Shown here: positions 29,813 through 39,273 of the stretch, piece by piece
How the letters are laid out: each line of letters opens with the position of its first letter
How positions within the stretch are numbered: the stretch's first letter is position 1
Origin: Bacillales bacterium
GTDB taxonomy: Bacteria > Bacillota_I > Bacilli_A > RF39 > UBA660
NCBI GenBank assembly: GCA_016282155.1
Contig: JAEEJY010000022.1
Coordinates: forward strand, 58,817-122,816
Reading direction: 5' to 3'
DNA: 64,000 nt
Made by a program: the position numbers and the translations under genes
Notes under the pieces: model-generated
Databases searched by the model: none
What the model was told of the DNA's origin: nothing
Seen by the model: only the letters and a program-made list of their open reading frames with translations

Positions 29813-30241
29813 ATGGGATTATTTAGAAGAAAGCCAAAAGAAAAAAGAATAAATAAGAAGTTGGTAATTACACTTGAAATTCTTGGAGCAGTTTTATTAT
29901 TTGGTATCTTATTAGGTATTAAATGGTTAAAAACAAATCATGATCCATATGCTGGAGCAATTAAATTCGATGATCAAGTAGTTGCAAATATTAATTTTAT
30001 TGATGCAAGACTAGAGAAAAAAGATAATACATATGAATTTATTGCTAAAGCAGTTAACTATACTGAAAAGGCAATCACATTACCTAATTTTGAAATAAGA
30101 TTCTATTCTGAAGATAACACACATATTACGGATGTTGAAGTATTAGGTAGTGAGATAGCTCCAAGTGGGGAATATGAAATAAAATCAAATATTCCAACGG
30201 ACATAGCTAAACCAGCATCAATCGAAATAGTAGTTGAATAA
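29813..30241 (+). CDS. membrane-anchored protein of unknown function
   Basis: 142 aa. Basic N-terminus, one TM helix, and a predicted beta-rich ectodomain. AGGTGA SD. Own terminator at 30227-30255. Confidence 0.6.
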   Translation: MGLFRRKPKEKRINKKLVITLEILGAVLLFGILLGIKWLKTNHDPYAGAIKFDDQVVANINFIDARLEKKDNTYEFIAKAVNYTEKAITLPNFEIRFYSEDNTHITDVEVLGSEIAPSGEYEIKSNIPTDIAKPASIEIVVE

Positions 30242-30278
30242 CTACTATTTTTTTGTATAAAAAAAGAGACATAAGTCT

Positions 30279-30989
30279 CTAAACAATATTAAATCCGAAG
30301 ATAAGAAATAGTATTTGTAATGACATAAGAATGCCATTATGAATAAAATGCAAGCCCATTGTAGTAAATATATTATCCGAATCATAATATACATAAGCAA
30401 ATATACATCCCGGTATCGCATAAGGAAGAAGATATAATAAGTCAGCTGTACTTGTTACGGTCCCAAGTAAATGTGTTCCTCCAAACAATAAACCAGACAC
30501 AATTATAAAAATCCATTTATAAGAAAATACTGTACGGATAGAAAATCTAAATATTAGTTCTTCCAAGATAGGAGCTAAGATAACTCCAGATACCCATACA
30601 TATATAGGATGAAGAGTAAGCATTGTTCTTACAACTGTTTCATTCCCAGATATGTTACTATTATTTACAAAACTTATAAGAATATTTAATATTCCGGTAC
30701 TTATTAAAATAACAAACCAATATTTGAAATATTTTTTAAAATAATAGTTTTTTGATTTTTTAAAATCATTAAACATACTTATCAATGTATCCCTAAACAT
30801 AATGTATATTATAAGGATAACTACTAGTTCAAGTAATATAACATATGTATATTTTATATAATCTGGAATGTTATTAATATTTATTTTCATTAATTGAAAT
30901 GGTAAATATTTAAAAAATGACATTAGAAAATATAAAAAGAAGGCAAGAAAGCCTTTAAACATATTTTTTTCTTTCTCATCAAAAATCAT
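30279..30989 (-). CDS. CPBP (CAAX) family intramembrane metalloprotease
   Basis: EELIFR motif, a later LLFGGTH, and FIHN. Polytopic. Minus-strand terminator AGAGAC/GTCTCT at 30265-30280. Confidence 0.8.
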   Translation of the reverse strand: MIFDEKEKNMFKGFLAFFLYFLMSFFKYLPFQLMKININNIPDYIKYTYVILLELVVILIIYIMFRDTLISMFNDFKKSKNYYFKKYFKYWFVILISTGILNILISFVNNSNISGNETVVRTMLTLHPIYVWVSGVILAPILEELIFRFSIRTVFSYKWIFIIVSGLLFGGTHLLGTVTSTADLLYLLPYAIPGCIFAYVYYDSDNIFTTMGLHFIHNGILMSLQILFLIFGFNIV

Positions 30990-31049
30990 TTTATCACCAA
31001 TACAATTATATCAAAAATATCCAAAAAGTGTTTTATTTTTTAGAATTTA

Positions 31050-31058
31050 TGTTATAAT
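31050..31058 (+). promoter_or_regulatory. extended -10 promoter (TGtTATAAT) of the rimP-nusA-infB operon
   Basis: TG at 31050-31051 and TATAAT at 31053-31058. Confidence 0.55.
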
Positions 31059-31072
31059 ATGTGTATCTACGA

Positions 31073-31098
31073 AGAGAGTGAGGGTTTCCTCACTCTTT
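31073..31098 (+). promoter_or_regulatory. leader hairpin, candidate attenuator upstream of rimP-nusA
   Basis: AGAGTGAGG (31075-31083) pairs with CCTCACTCT (31088-31096), GTTT loop. An interrupted T-tract (TTTAATGTAATTT) follows. Confidence 0.45.
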
Positions 31099-31117
31099 AA
31101 TGTAATTTGGAGGTATT

Positions 31118-31372
31118 ATGAAAATAGAAGAACAAGTTCGTGGTATTGTTGAAGAAGCAATTAATAATGAAAATTTTAGATTAGATAGTGTTGTCTATGA
31201 AAAGGAAGGAAATTCTTATTTTTTAAGACTAGTAATTGATAAAGATGGAATCGTTGATGTAAATGATACAGTAAAAATATTCCATATTGTAAGTAAATTA
31301 TTAGATAAAGAAGATCCTATTAAAGATGCTTATATTCTAGATGTTAGTTCAAAGGAGAAAGGAAGAGAATAA
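31118..31372 (+). CDS. rimP: ribosome maturation factor RimP, N-terminal domain only (84 aa)
   Basis: The pattern FRLDSVVYEKEGNSYFLRLVIDKDG...AYILDVSS matches the RimP N-domain. The ORF stops where the SPG motif and C-terminal domain normally follow. TAATG overlap with nusA. Confidence 0.7.
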   Translation: MKIEEQVRGIVEEAINNENFRLDSVVYEKEGNSYFLRLVIDKDGIVDVNDTVKIFHIVSKLLDKEDPIKDAYILDVSSKEKGRE

Positions 31373-32439
31373 TGAATAATAAAGAATTTTTAAATGCTGT
31401 AGAAGTATTACATAAAGAAAAAGGTATTGATGAAGATACTATATATGAAGCAATGGAACTTGCTATGGCAAGTGCATATAAAAAACATTCTGGTTTAGAA
31501 AATGTTCGTGTAGAAATCGATCGTAAAAAAGGTGATATTAAAATTTATTCATATTTAACTGTAGTATCAGATGATGATTTTACTGATCCTGATTATGAAA
31601 TTATCTATGAAGATGCCTTAGAACAAGTACCAGATATTAAAATTGGTGAAACTATTGAAACTGAAGTTACACCTAAAGATTTTGGTAGAGTAGCAGCTGC
31701 TACTGCTAAACAAGTAGTTGTTCAAAAAATAAGAGAAGCTGAAAGAAATATTATTGTTAATGAATTTTCAGATAAACAAGATGAATTAGTAACAGGAATT
31801 GTTTCTATGGAAGATTCAAAAAACTATTATATTGATTTTGGTAGAACTCAAGGAATATTACCTAAATCTGAAATAATACCAGGCGAAGAAATAGTAATGG
31901 GTTCAAATATAAAAGTATATATAACTAAGGTAGAAAGTAATAGTAAAGGACCACTTATCCTTTTATCAAGAACATTCTATGGATTTGTTAAAAGATTATT
32001 TGAACTTGAAATTCCAGAAATTAATGAAGGAATTGTATTAGTTTATAGTGTTGCTCGTGAAGCTGGTGTTAGAACTAAAATCGCTGTATATTCAGAAGAT
32101 CCTAACGTAGATGCTGTAGGAGCATGTATTGGACAAAATGGAACTCGTATTAATAACATCCTAAAAGAATTAGGTGGCGAAAAAGTAGATGTTGTCCCAT
32201 ACGATAAAGATGCTAGTAAATTTATTAGTAATGCTTTAAGCCCAGCTAAAAATGTTAAAGTATTCATCACTGATGAAAAAGAACATAATGCTTTAGTTGT
32301 AGTTGATAAAGATAATTTATCTTTAGCAATCGGTAAAAAAGGACTTAATGTTAAGTTAGCATCACGTTTAACTAAATATAAAATTGATGTTAAAACTTAT
32401 GAACAAGCAAGTGAATTAGGTATTAATATCGTTGAGTAG
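31372..32439 (+). CDS. nusA: transcription termination/antitermination factor NusA
   Basis: 355 aa. N-terminal domain, S1 domain, and two KH domains (GACIGQNGTRINN, LAIGKKGLNVKLAS). Confidence 0.95.
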   Translation: MNNKEFLNAVEVLHKEKGIDEDTIYEAMELAMASAYKKHSGLENVRVEIDRKKGDIKIYSYLTVVSDDDFTDPDYEIIYEDALEQVPDIKIGETIETEVTPKDFGRVAAATAKQVVVQKIREAERNIIVNEFSDKQDELVTGIVSMEDSKNYYIDFGRTQGILPKSEIIPGEEIVMGSNIKVYITKVESNSKGPLILLSRTFYGFVKRLFELEIPEINEGIVLVYSVAREAGVRTKIAVYSEDPNVDAVGACIGQNGTRINNILKELGGEKVDVVPYDKDASKFISNALSPAKNVKVFITDEKEHNALVVVDKDNLSLAIGKKGLNVKLASRLTKYKIDVKTYEQASELGINIVE

Positions 32440-32447
32440 GTGAAATT

Positions 32448-32711
32448 ATGAAAACTAGAAAAATACCAATGCGTACATGCGCAGTAACTAGAGAAAAATT
32501 ACCTAAACAAGAATTACTTCGTATTGTAAGAACTCCAGAGAATAATCTTGTTGTAGATGAAACTGGTAAAGTAAATGGTCATGGTATATATATTAAAAAA
32601 GATTTAAGTATTATGGATCGTTTAATTAATTCAAAATGTATTGAGAGAACTTTAGAAGTTGAAGTACCTGCTAGTTTTTATGAAGAGATAAGAGAGGTAC
32701 TATCAAAATAA
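32448..32711 (+). CDS. ylxR: YlxR/DUF448 RNA-binding protein
   Basis: 87 aa. RTCAVTREKLPKQELLRIV motif. Conserved position between nusA and infB. Confidence 0.85.
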   Translation: MKTRKIPMRTCAVTREKLPKQELLRIVRTPENNLVVDETGKVNGHGIYIKKDLSIMDRLINSKCIERTLEVEVPASFYEEIREVLSK

Positions 32712-32731
32712 TATAAAAGGAGGGATTATTT

Positions 32732-34843
32732 ATGATGAGTGTTGAAGAATACGCTTTAGATGTAAATAAATCTGTTGAAGAAATATTAAAACAATGTAGT
32801 TTATTAAACATTGATGCATATGAAGCTGATGATATGTTAGATGATCTTGCTATCACAGAACTTGATAATGCAATTAATAATATGGATGAAGAAGAAACAG
32901 AAGAAGAAAATCTAAACGATGTTGTAGTTGATAATGTAAAAGTAACTGATAATACATTAGTAACTAAACAAAAATTAAAGAAAAAAGATAATAAAAACAC
33001 AAAACCAAATAATATATCCAAAAAAGAATTAGCAAACAAGAAAAAAGAGATGTACAAAAACAAAGAAAAATTACAAGCTAATACAACAACAGTAAGCGAG
33101 AATGTAGTTTTATATAAAGAAGGTATGTCTGTAGCTGAACTTGCTAACAGTTTAAATGTAAGTGGAAGTGAATTAATAAAGAAATTATTCTCTTTAGGAA
33201 TAATGGCAACTTTAAATAATTCAATTACATATGAAAATGCTAGCTTACTTGCTATGGATTATGGTAAGGAATTAAAAACTGAAGCTAGTCAAGATTTAAC
33301 TAATTTTGAAAATTTAGAAATAGTTGATGATGAAAAAGATTTAGTAAAACGTCCACCTGTAGTTACAATTATGGGTCACGTAGATCATGGTAAAACTACT
33401 TTACTTGATACTATCAAAAATAGTCATGTAGCAGCCGGTGAAGCCGGAGGTATTACTCAAGCTATTAATGCATATCAAGTAAATTATAATGGTAATTATA
33501 TTACTTTTATTGATACGCCAGGACATGCCGCATTTACTGAAATGCGTGCAAGAGGTGCTAATATCACTGATATAGTAATTATCATTATTGCTGCTGATGA
33601 TGGAATCATGCCTCAAACAATTGAAGCAATAGATCATGCTAAAGCAGCTAATGTACCAATCTTAGTTGCAATTAATAAAATTGATAAGCCTGATGCTAAT
33701 GTTGAAAGAGTACTTACTCAATTAACTGAACAAGGATTAACTCCAGAAGCATGGGGCGGAGATACAATTGTTACTAATATTTCAGCTAAGGAAGGAACTG
33801 GTATTCCTGAATTACTTGAAAATATCTTATTAGTAGCTGAAATGCAAGAATATAAAGCAAATCCAAATAGATATGCTATCGGTACTGTAATTGAATCAAG
33901 ATTAGATAAGGCAGTAGGACCTGTTGTATCAGTATTAGTTCAAAATGGTACTTTAAGATTAGGTGATCCTGTAGTAGTAGGACACGCTGTAGGTAAAGTT
34001 AGAACTTTAAAAAATGATCGTGGAGAAGAAATTACTCAAGCTTCACCATCAATGCCTGTTGAAATCACAGGTTTAAATGAAACTCCATCTTCTGGAGATA
34101 GATTTATGGCATTTGAATCAGAAAAAGAAGCTAAGAAAATAGCAGAGCAAAGAAAAGAAAATGATAAGAATGCTAGTATGAATCATAAACAAGCTATGAG
34201 CTTAGACGATTTATTTGCTTCTATTCAAGAAGGAAATAAAGAAATTAAAGTAATTATTAAAGCAGATGTTAATGGGTCTGCTGAAGCTGTTAAAAATTCT
34301 TTAGAAAAACTTGATGTTGAGGGAGTTAAAGTAACAGTAATAAGAAGTACAGTTGGAGCTATCACTGAAAGTGATATCGTTCTTGCTAATGCTTCAAATG
34401 CTATCTTAATTGGATTTAATGTAAGACCAAATAATTCAATTAAAGATTATGCTAAAGAACAAGGTGTTGAAATAAGATTATACGATATTATATATAAAGT
34501 AGTTGAAGAAATGGAAGCTGCCATGAAAGGTATGTTAGATCCTGAATATGAAGAACAAGTATTAGGTTCTGCTGAAGTTCGTCAATTATTTAAATTCTCT
34601 AAGGTTGGTATTATCGCTGGTTCTTATGTTCTAGACGGTATTATTAAAAGAGATGCTAAAGCTCGTGTAATTAGAGATGGTGTTGTTATCATTGATAGTA
34701 ATGTTAACTCATTACAAAGAGGTAAAGACGCTGTTAAAGAAGTTAAAAAAGGTTTAGAATGTGGTATCACAGTTGAAAACTTTATAGATATTAAAGTGGG
34801 CGACATAATAGAAGCTTATGAAATGGTAGAAAAAACTAGATAA
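32732..34843 (+). CDS. infB: translation initiation factor IF-2
   Basis: 703 aa. G-domain motifs [14 protein letters not shown] and NKID. Conserved C-terminal domains. Confidence 0.97.
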   Translation: MMSVEEYALDVNKSVEEILKQCSLLNIDAYEADDMLDDLAITELDNAINNMDEEETEEENLNDVVVDNVKVTDNTLVTKQKLKKKDNKNTKPNNISKKELANKKKEMYKNKEKLQANTTTVSENVVLYKEGMSVAELANSLNVSGSELIKKLFSLGIMATLNNSITYENASLLAMDYGKELKTEASQDLTNFENLEIVDDEKDLVKRPPVVTIMGHVDHGKTTLLDTIKNSHVAAGEAGGITQAINAYQVNYNGNYITFIDTPGHAAFTEMRARGANITDIVIIIIAADDGIMPQTIEAIDHAKAANVPILVAINKIDKPDANVERVLTQLTEQGLTPEAWGGDTIVTNISAKEGTGIPELLENILLVAEMQEYKANPNRYAIGTVIESRLDKAVGPVVSVLVQNGTLRLGDPVVVGHAVGKVRTLKNDRGEEITQASPSMPVEITGLNETPSSGDRFMAFESEKEAKKIAEQRKENDKNASMNHKQAMSLDDLFASIQEGNKEIKVIIKADVNGSAEAVKNSLEKLDVEGVKVTVIRSTVGAITESDIVLANASNAILIGFNVRPNNSIKDYAKEQGVEIRLYDIIYKVVEEMEAAMKGMLDPEYEEQVLGSAEVRQLFKFSKVGIIAGSYVLDGIIKRDAKARVIRDGVVIIDSNVNSLQRGKDAVKEVKKGLECGITVENFIDIKVGDIIEAYEMVEKTR

Positions 34844-34858
34844 TTATCTAGTTTTTTT
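34835..34858 (+). terminator. intrinsic terminator after infB
   Basis: ACTAGATAATTATCTAGT palindrome plus a T7 run. TGTATAAT follows at 34858-34865. Confidence 0.8.
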
Positions 34859-34884
34859 GTATAATGAAATAGGAAGGTGAAAAT

Positions 34885-35775
34885 ATGGGTTTAAAACTAG
34901 AAAATGTTTGTAAATTTTATGGAACAAAACAAGTTGTAAATCATATCTCTTTTGAACTTAATAAACCGGGAATTTTTGGTTTACTAGGAACTAATGGAGC
35001 TGGTAAGACTACAACTATTCGTATGATTTTAGGAATCTTAAATAAAAACAGTGGAAATATAACTTGGAATGATAAGGAAGTAACAAGAGAAACTGTTAAT
35101 TTTGGGTATCTTCCTGAAGAAAGAGGATTATATCCTAAAATAAAAGTAAAAGACCAATTAGTTTATTTCGCTGAGTTAAGAGGATTAACTAAAGAAACTG
35201 CACTTAAAGAAATAAATAAATGGGCACCAAAACTAAAAATAGATGAGTATTTAGAAATGAATGCTGATAAATTATCTAAAGGTAACCAACAAAAAGTTCA
35301 ATTCTTAGCGTCTATTATTCATAATCCTGAATTAATAATTCTTGATGAACCATTCTCAGGACTTGATCCTGTTAATTCTGAATTACTAAAGGAAGTAATA
35401 ATTGAACTTGTAAAACATGGAAAGTATATAATTATGTCTGCTCATGAGATGCATACAATAGAAGAATTCTGTACAGATTTACTTATTTTAAATAAAGGTA
35501 AAACAGTATTAAAAGGTAATTTAAAAGAAATAAGAAATTCATATCCTGCCAATAGAATTTTAATTGAGGCAGATAAAAATATTAATAGTATTATTAAAAA
35601 ACATAAATTAACTATTGAAAATAGTCATGATTCTATTTATGTAGTTAAAATAAACGATGATGCTGAAGCTCATGCATTATTAAAAGATATTATTAAAGAA
35701 AACGTTAATGTAAATAAGTTTGAAATAACACGTCCTACATTAAATGATATATTTATAGAAAAGGTAGGTGAGTAA
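34885..35775 (+). CDS. ABC transporter ATP-binding protein (ABC-2 / NatA-like)
   Basis: Walker A GTNGAGKTT, signature LSKGNQQK, Walker B LIILDEP. Confidence 0.9.
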   Translation: MGLKLENVCKFYGTKQVVNHISFELNKPGIFGLLGTNGAGKTTTIRMILGILNKNSGNITWNDKEVTRETVNFGYLPEERGLYPKIKVKDQLVYFAELRGLTKETALKEINKWAPKLKIDEYLEMNADKLSKGNQQKVQFLASIIHNPELIILDEPFSGLDPVNSELLKEVIIELVKHGKYIIMSAHEMHTIEEFCTDLLILNKGKTVLKGNLKEIRNSYPANRILIEADKNINSIIKKHKLTIENSHDSIYVVKINDDAEAHALLKDIIKENVNVNKFEITRPTLNDIFIEKVGE

Positions 35776-35776
35776 T

Positions 35777-37003
35777 ATGAGAGAAATATTTACAATAGCA
35801 AAATTTACTATTTTAGATTTAATTAAAAAGAAAGCCTTTATTATTTCAACAATCGTAACTTTATTATTGATCGTTGTAGGATTTAATATTCCTAATATTA
35901 TAAAAGCTTTTAGTAGTTCTGATAATGAATTAACTAAGATAATTATTAAAGATGTTGATAAGTCATATACAACACTTACAAGTTCTAAGCAAGAAGCTTT
36001 AGGATATGAGTTTGTTTTAGAAGATAAAAGTGTTGATGAAATAAAGAAAGAAATAACTAAAGAAGATGCTAAAGTTGATGAGGCTTTAATTATTACACGT
36101 AAAGATAATAATTTGGATTTTGAATATATAGTTCCTAATGCTTCAGGAATGACAACAGCTTTACCATCTAATTTAATTTCTTATTTAACAGAAGTATATA
36201 AGATGGAACAAATAGGAAAATTATCTTTAACTGAAACAGAAAAAGCTAGTATTAATCCTATTATTACAACAAAGATAACTTCTGTAGGAGAAGAAGCAAA
36301 AGGTAATGTTCTTATAATGATGTTTATTTCAATTGCGTTATTCTTTGCAATTTACTATACGGCATTCCAAGTATCAAGTTCAATTACTCTTGAAAAAACA
36401 AGTAAGATAATTGAAACACTTGTTACTTCAACAAAACCAAGAAATATTGTTGTAGGTAAAACATTAGGAATTGGTATTGTTGGCTTATGTCAATCTATTT
36501 TAATAGGTGGTGTTGCGGTATTATGTGCTTTCTTCTGTTTAGGTAAAGAATTATTAGCTTCTGTAGTTGATTTAAGTTTTGTTACTTGGGGTCTAGGTAT
36601 TCTTACAGTTGTATATTTTATTTTAGGATACTTTGTATATGCATTCTTATATGCTTTAACGGGATCTACAGTATCGAAACCAGAAGATGTACAATCTGCT
36701 AACGGACCAGTTTCATTAGTAGCAATTGTAGGATTCTATATTGCATATTTTACACTAATGAATCCAACTAGTAGCTTTAATAAGTTTGCTGCCTTATTCC
36801 CATTCTCAAGTCCATTCTGTGAAACATCTAGAATAATGATGGGATTAGCTACACCATTTGAATTAATATGTTCAATAGGTATCTTAATTGCGACAATTGT
36901 TTTAATAGCGTATATAAGCATTAAGATATATCATAACGCAATCTTAAATTATGGTTCTAAACTTAATTTTAAAGATCTAGTAAATATGTTTAAACAAAAA
37001 TAG
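35777..37003 (+). CDS. ABC-2 type permease (NatB-like)
   Basis: One N-terminal TM helix, a roughly 150-aa loop, then 5 C-terminal TM helices. The SD lies inside the upstream gene end. Confidence 0.8.
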   Translation: MREIFTIAKFTILDLIKKKAFIISTIVTLLLIVVGFNIPNIIKAFSSSDNELTKIIIKDVDKSYTTLTSSKQEALGYEFVLEDKSVDEIKKEITKEDAKVDEALIITRKDNNLDFEYIVPNASGMTTALPSNLISYLTEVYKMEQIGKLSLTETEKASINPIITTKITSVGEEAKGNVLIMMFISIALFFAIYYTAFQVSSSITLEKTSKIIETLVTSTKPRNIVVGKTLGIGIVGLCQSILIGGVAVLCAFFCLGKELLASVVDLSFVTWGLGILTVVYFILGYFVYAFLYALTGSTVSKPEDVQSANGPVSLVAIVGFYIAYFTLMNPTSSFNKFAALFPFSSPFCETSRIMMGLATPFELICSIGILIATIVLIAYISIKIYHNAILNYGSKLNFKDLVNMFKQK

Positions 37004-37023
37004 TTCATCAGAACTATTTTTTT
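37001..37023 (+). terminator. intrinsic terminator after the ABC-2 permease gene
   Basis: TAGTTC / GAACTA stem and a T7 run. TGTTATAAT follows at 37024-37032. Confidence 0.8.
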
Positions 37024-37052
37024 GTGTTATAATACAGAACAAGGTGATTTTT

Positions 37053-37721
37053 ATGTATGTAGGTGTTATTAATAGACGTTTTGAAACTAAACAAGATATA
37101 ATATTAGAAAAGATAGGCAATGCTAATGTATTTCAAAGATTATATAAATTTTCAGAATTTAAGAACGTAATGCCATCGATACTAAATGGATGCGTAAATA
37201 ATTATAAAACTATTCAAGGGATGGATCTTGCTTTAGATGAAAAAAATCTACTTATTAAATTAGTAGAATATTATGCTGAAAAGCAAATTGATGTTTGTAT
37301 TGATTGTTTAAGTCAATATCGTAATCAAATAGAGGCTATATTTATTGGTAAAAAATTAACTCTTAAAAATATGCTTTATGAAAAATTAACAGAGGATTAT
37401 TGTAACCCTAAGATGTTTGAAAAATCTCAATATCTAATAGGTGAATACATAGCAGCAGCTGATAATGTTTATAATTTAGATATTGCCGCTGACCTTGATA
37501 AATTAATTTGTTTTTATGTTGAACATTTTTTAGATGACGTAATTAAAATGTATCCAGAAGCACCTATTAAAACTAAAATACACATATATAATTCTTCAAT
37601 TACAAGAACTTGTCATAGTCTTCGTACTATCTCTAAAAAACTTAACATGTATAACTGTTTAGAGACTATTGATGATGCTATGGAAGAAGTAGTTGCTAAA
37701 CAAAAAGAATTAGTAAGATAA
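37053..37721 (+). CDS. hypothetical cytoplasmic protein
   Basis: 222 aa. AAGGTGA SD 5 nt upstream. No motif recognised. Confidence 0.6.
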   Translation: MYVGVINRRFETKQDIILEKIGNANVFQRLYKFSEFKNVMPSILNGCVNNYKTIQGMDLALDEKNLLIKLVEYYAEKQIDVCIDCLSQYRNQIEAIFIGKKLTLKNMLYEKLTEDYCNPKMFEKSQYLIGEYIAAADNVYNLDIAADLDKLICFYVEHFLDDVIKMYPEAPIKTKIHIYNSSITRTCHSLRTISKKLNMYNCLETIDDAMEEVVAKQKELVR

Positions 37722-37766
37722 AATTGATATAAATATGTTATAATATATTTAGAAATGAGTGATAAT

Positions 37767-38111
37767 ATGAGTATAAAAATAGATCGTATTGCTAGTAACT
37801 TAGTAAAAGAAATAAGTTATATCTTAGCTAATGAAGTTAAAAATCCAGATGTAAGATTTGTAACTGTAACAGATTGTAAAGTTACTAATGATTTATCTTA
37901 TGCTAAAGTATATGTAACAGTATTTAATCAAGAAAAGATAAATGAAACAATGAAAGCTTTAAAAGAAGCTAGTGGATTTATTAGACATGAATTAATGGAT
38001 AGAGTAGATATTCGTCATATCCCAGAACTTGAATTTGTATATGATGAATCAATCGAATATGGTAAAAAGATTGAAAATATTTTAGAAGAAATTCATGAAA
38101 ATGAAGAATAA
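37767..38111 (+). CDS. rbfA: ribosome-binding factor A
   Basis: RIASNLVKEISYIL...VTVTDCKVTNDLSYAKVYVTVF...IRHIPELEF is the RbfA pattern. Confidence 0.9.
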   Translation: MSIKIDRIASNLVKEISYILANEVKNPDVRFVTVTDCKVTNDLSYAKVYVTVFNQEKINETMKALKEASGFIRHELMDRVDIRHIPELEFVYDESIEYGKKIENILEEIHENEE

Positions 38112-38160
38112 TTGACTAACAAAATAAGTTATGATAGACTATGCTTAGTTGGTGATTGTT

Positions 38161-38376
38161 ATGAATATAAGTAGAATAACATTTTTAAGTCAATTTGTTG
38201 TTCCAATGATGGAACAAGAAAAAATCACTGTTAAAAAGGAACAAGTTCGTAAAGTAGGACCTGTAACTAAAACAGAGAAGTCAGATAATGATACAAGGAA
38301 ATATGATGAAACTCATGATCCAATGTATTTTTATGAATTAGAAAAAGCTAAAAGTGCTTATAGAAGAAAAATATAA
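38161..38376 (+). CDS. small hypothetical protein (71 aa)
   Basis: GGTGA SD 5 nt upstream of ATG 38161. Charged, with no recognisable motif. Coding status is uncertain. Confidence 0.4.
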   Translation: MNISRITFLSQFVVPMMEQEKITVKKEQVRKVGPVTKTEKSDNDTRKYDETHDPMYFYELEKAKSAYRRKI

Positions 38377-38589
38377 TTTGATAATGATAAATAATAATAG
38401 TTAAATAATGGTAATAAGAAAGATAATGGTTGATGCAAATTATCCAAGTTATTTAATGAAGATACATATTTTGAATCAAAGCGTTAACTGCGTTAAAGTA
38501 AGAGTGCATAGTTTCTATGAAATAAGGTGGTACCGCGAATATTCGTCCTTATATTATAGGAACTTTTTATTTATAAAGGAGATGTTAGA
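38377..38589 (+). promoter_or_regulatory. T-box leader, probable Tyr (UAC) specifier, upstream of deoC-NTPase-tyrS
   Basis: Stem I: TTTGA/TCAAA base, AAATA (38389-93)/TATTT (38467-71), TTAAATAA (38401-08)/TTATTTAA (38449-56). Distal AGAAAG...GGTTGATGCAA. Specifier loop TGAAGA-TAC-A (TAC at 38463-38465). GCGTTA twice. T-box AAGGTGGTACCGCG (GGTGGTACCGCG at 38526-38537). Confidence 0.8.
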
Positions 38590-39273
38590 ATGGAATTAAA
38601 TAGTTATATTGATCATACAAATTTAAAGAAAGATGCTAAAGCAGAAGACATAATAAAATTATGTGATGAAGCAGTAAAATATCATTTTGCTTCAGTATGT
38701 GTATATCCATATTATGTAAAAGCATGTGCTGATTATTTAAAAGGAACTAATGTTGAAGTATGTACTGTAATTGGTTTCCCTAATGGAGCATCAACTACAA
38801 ATACAAAAGTATATGAAGCTATCGATGCTATTGATAATGGGGCTACTGAAATAGATATGGTTATCAATATCTGTGCTTTAAAAAATCAAGATTATGATTA
38901 TATCAAGAAAGAAATAGCTGAAATTAGAGATGCTATTGCAGGTAAAACATTAAAAGTAATTATTGAAGAGTCTTTATTAACAGATGAAGAAATAATTAAG
39001 ATGACTGAAATATGTAATGAAACTTTTGTTAACTTTATTAAAACAAGTACAGGTTTTGATAAACATGGAGCTACATTACATGCTGTTGAGTTAATGAATA
39101 AATATAAAAATGATGTATTAGAAATAAAAGCTGCCGGAGGAATTAGAACAGTAGAAGATGCTGAAAAATTTATTAATGCCGGAGCAACTCGTATAGGAAC
39201 TAGTAATGGTGTAGATTTAATGGTTGTTGATGAAAGTGTTCATGAACATGAATGCCATTGTTGTGAGGATTAA
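38590..39273 (+). CDS. deoC: deoxyribose-phosphate aldolase
   Basis: 227 aa. YIDHTNLK, VCVYP, CTVIGFPNG, ATEIDMVINI and FIKTSTGF (Schiff-base Lys). Unusual HEHECHCCED tail. Confidence 0.92.
   Translation: MELNSYIDHTNLKKDAKAEDIIKLCDEAVKYHFASVCVYPYYVKACADYLKGTNVEVCTVIGFPNGASTTNTKVYEAIDAIDNGATEIDMVINICALKNQDYDYIKKEIAEIRDAIAGKTLKVIIEESLLTDEEIIKMTEICNETFVNFIKTSTGFDKHGATLHAVELMNKYKNDVLEIKAAGGIRTVEDAEKFINAGATRIGTSNGVDLMVVDESVHEHECHCCED

Noticed and set aside
24459-36921. Antisense ORFs 24459-24680, 25523-25744, 26934-27134, 28560-28859, 32043-32270, 32671-33063, 33401-33637, 34624-34806 and 36736-36921
   Set aside because: They lie opposite gpsB, pgsA, recA, rny, nusA, infB and the ABC-2 permease. 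Their products are low complexity and there is no SD or promoter context.
38457-38466. Alternative Asp (GAU) specifier reading of the deoC T-box, with the codon directly after GAA as in the pheS leader
   Set aside because: The predicted closing helix (AAATA/TATTT) places UAC-A, not GAU-A, next to the helix, and tyrS is in the downstream operon. I keep this as a caveat to test with a covariance model.
38408-38599. 63-aa ORF upstream of deoC
   Set aside because: It lies entirely within the T-box leader RNA (Stem I through the antiterminator). It has no SD and its product is implausible.
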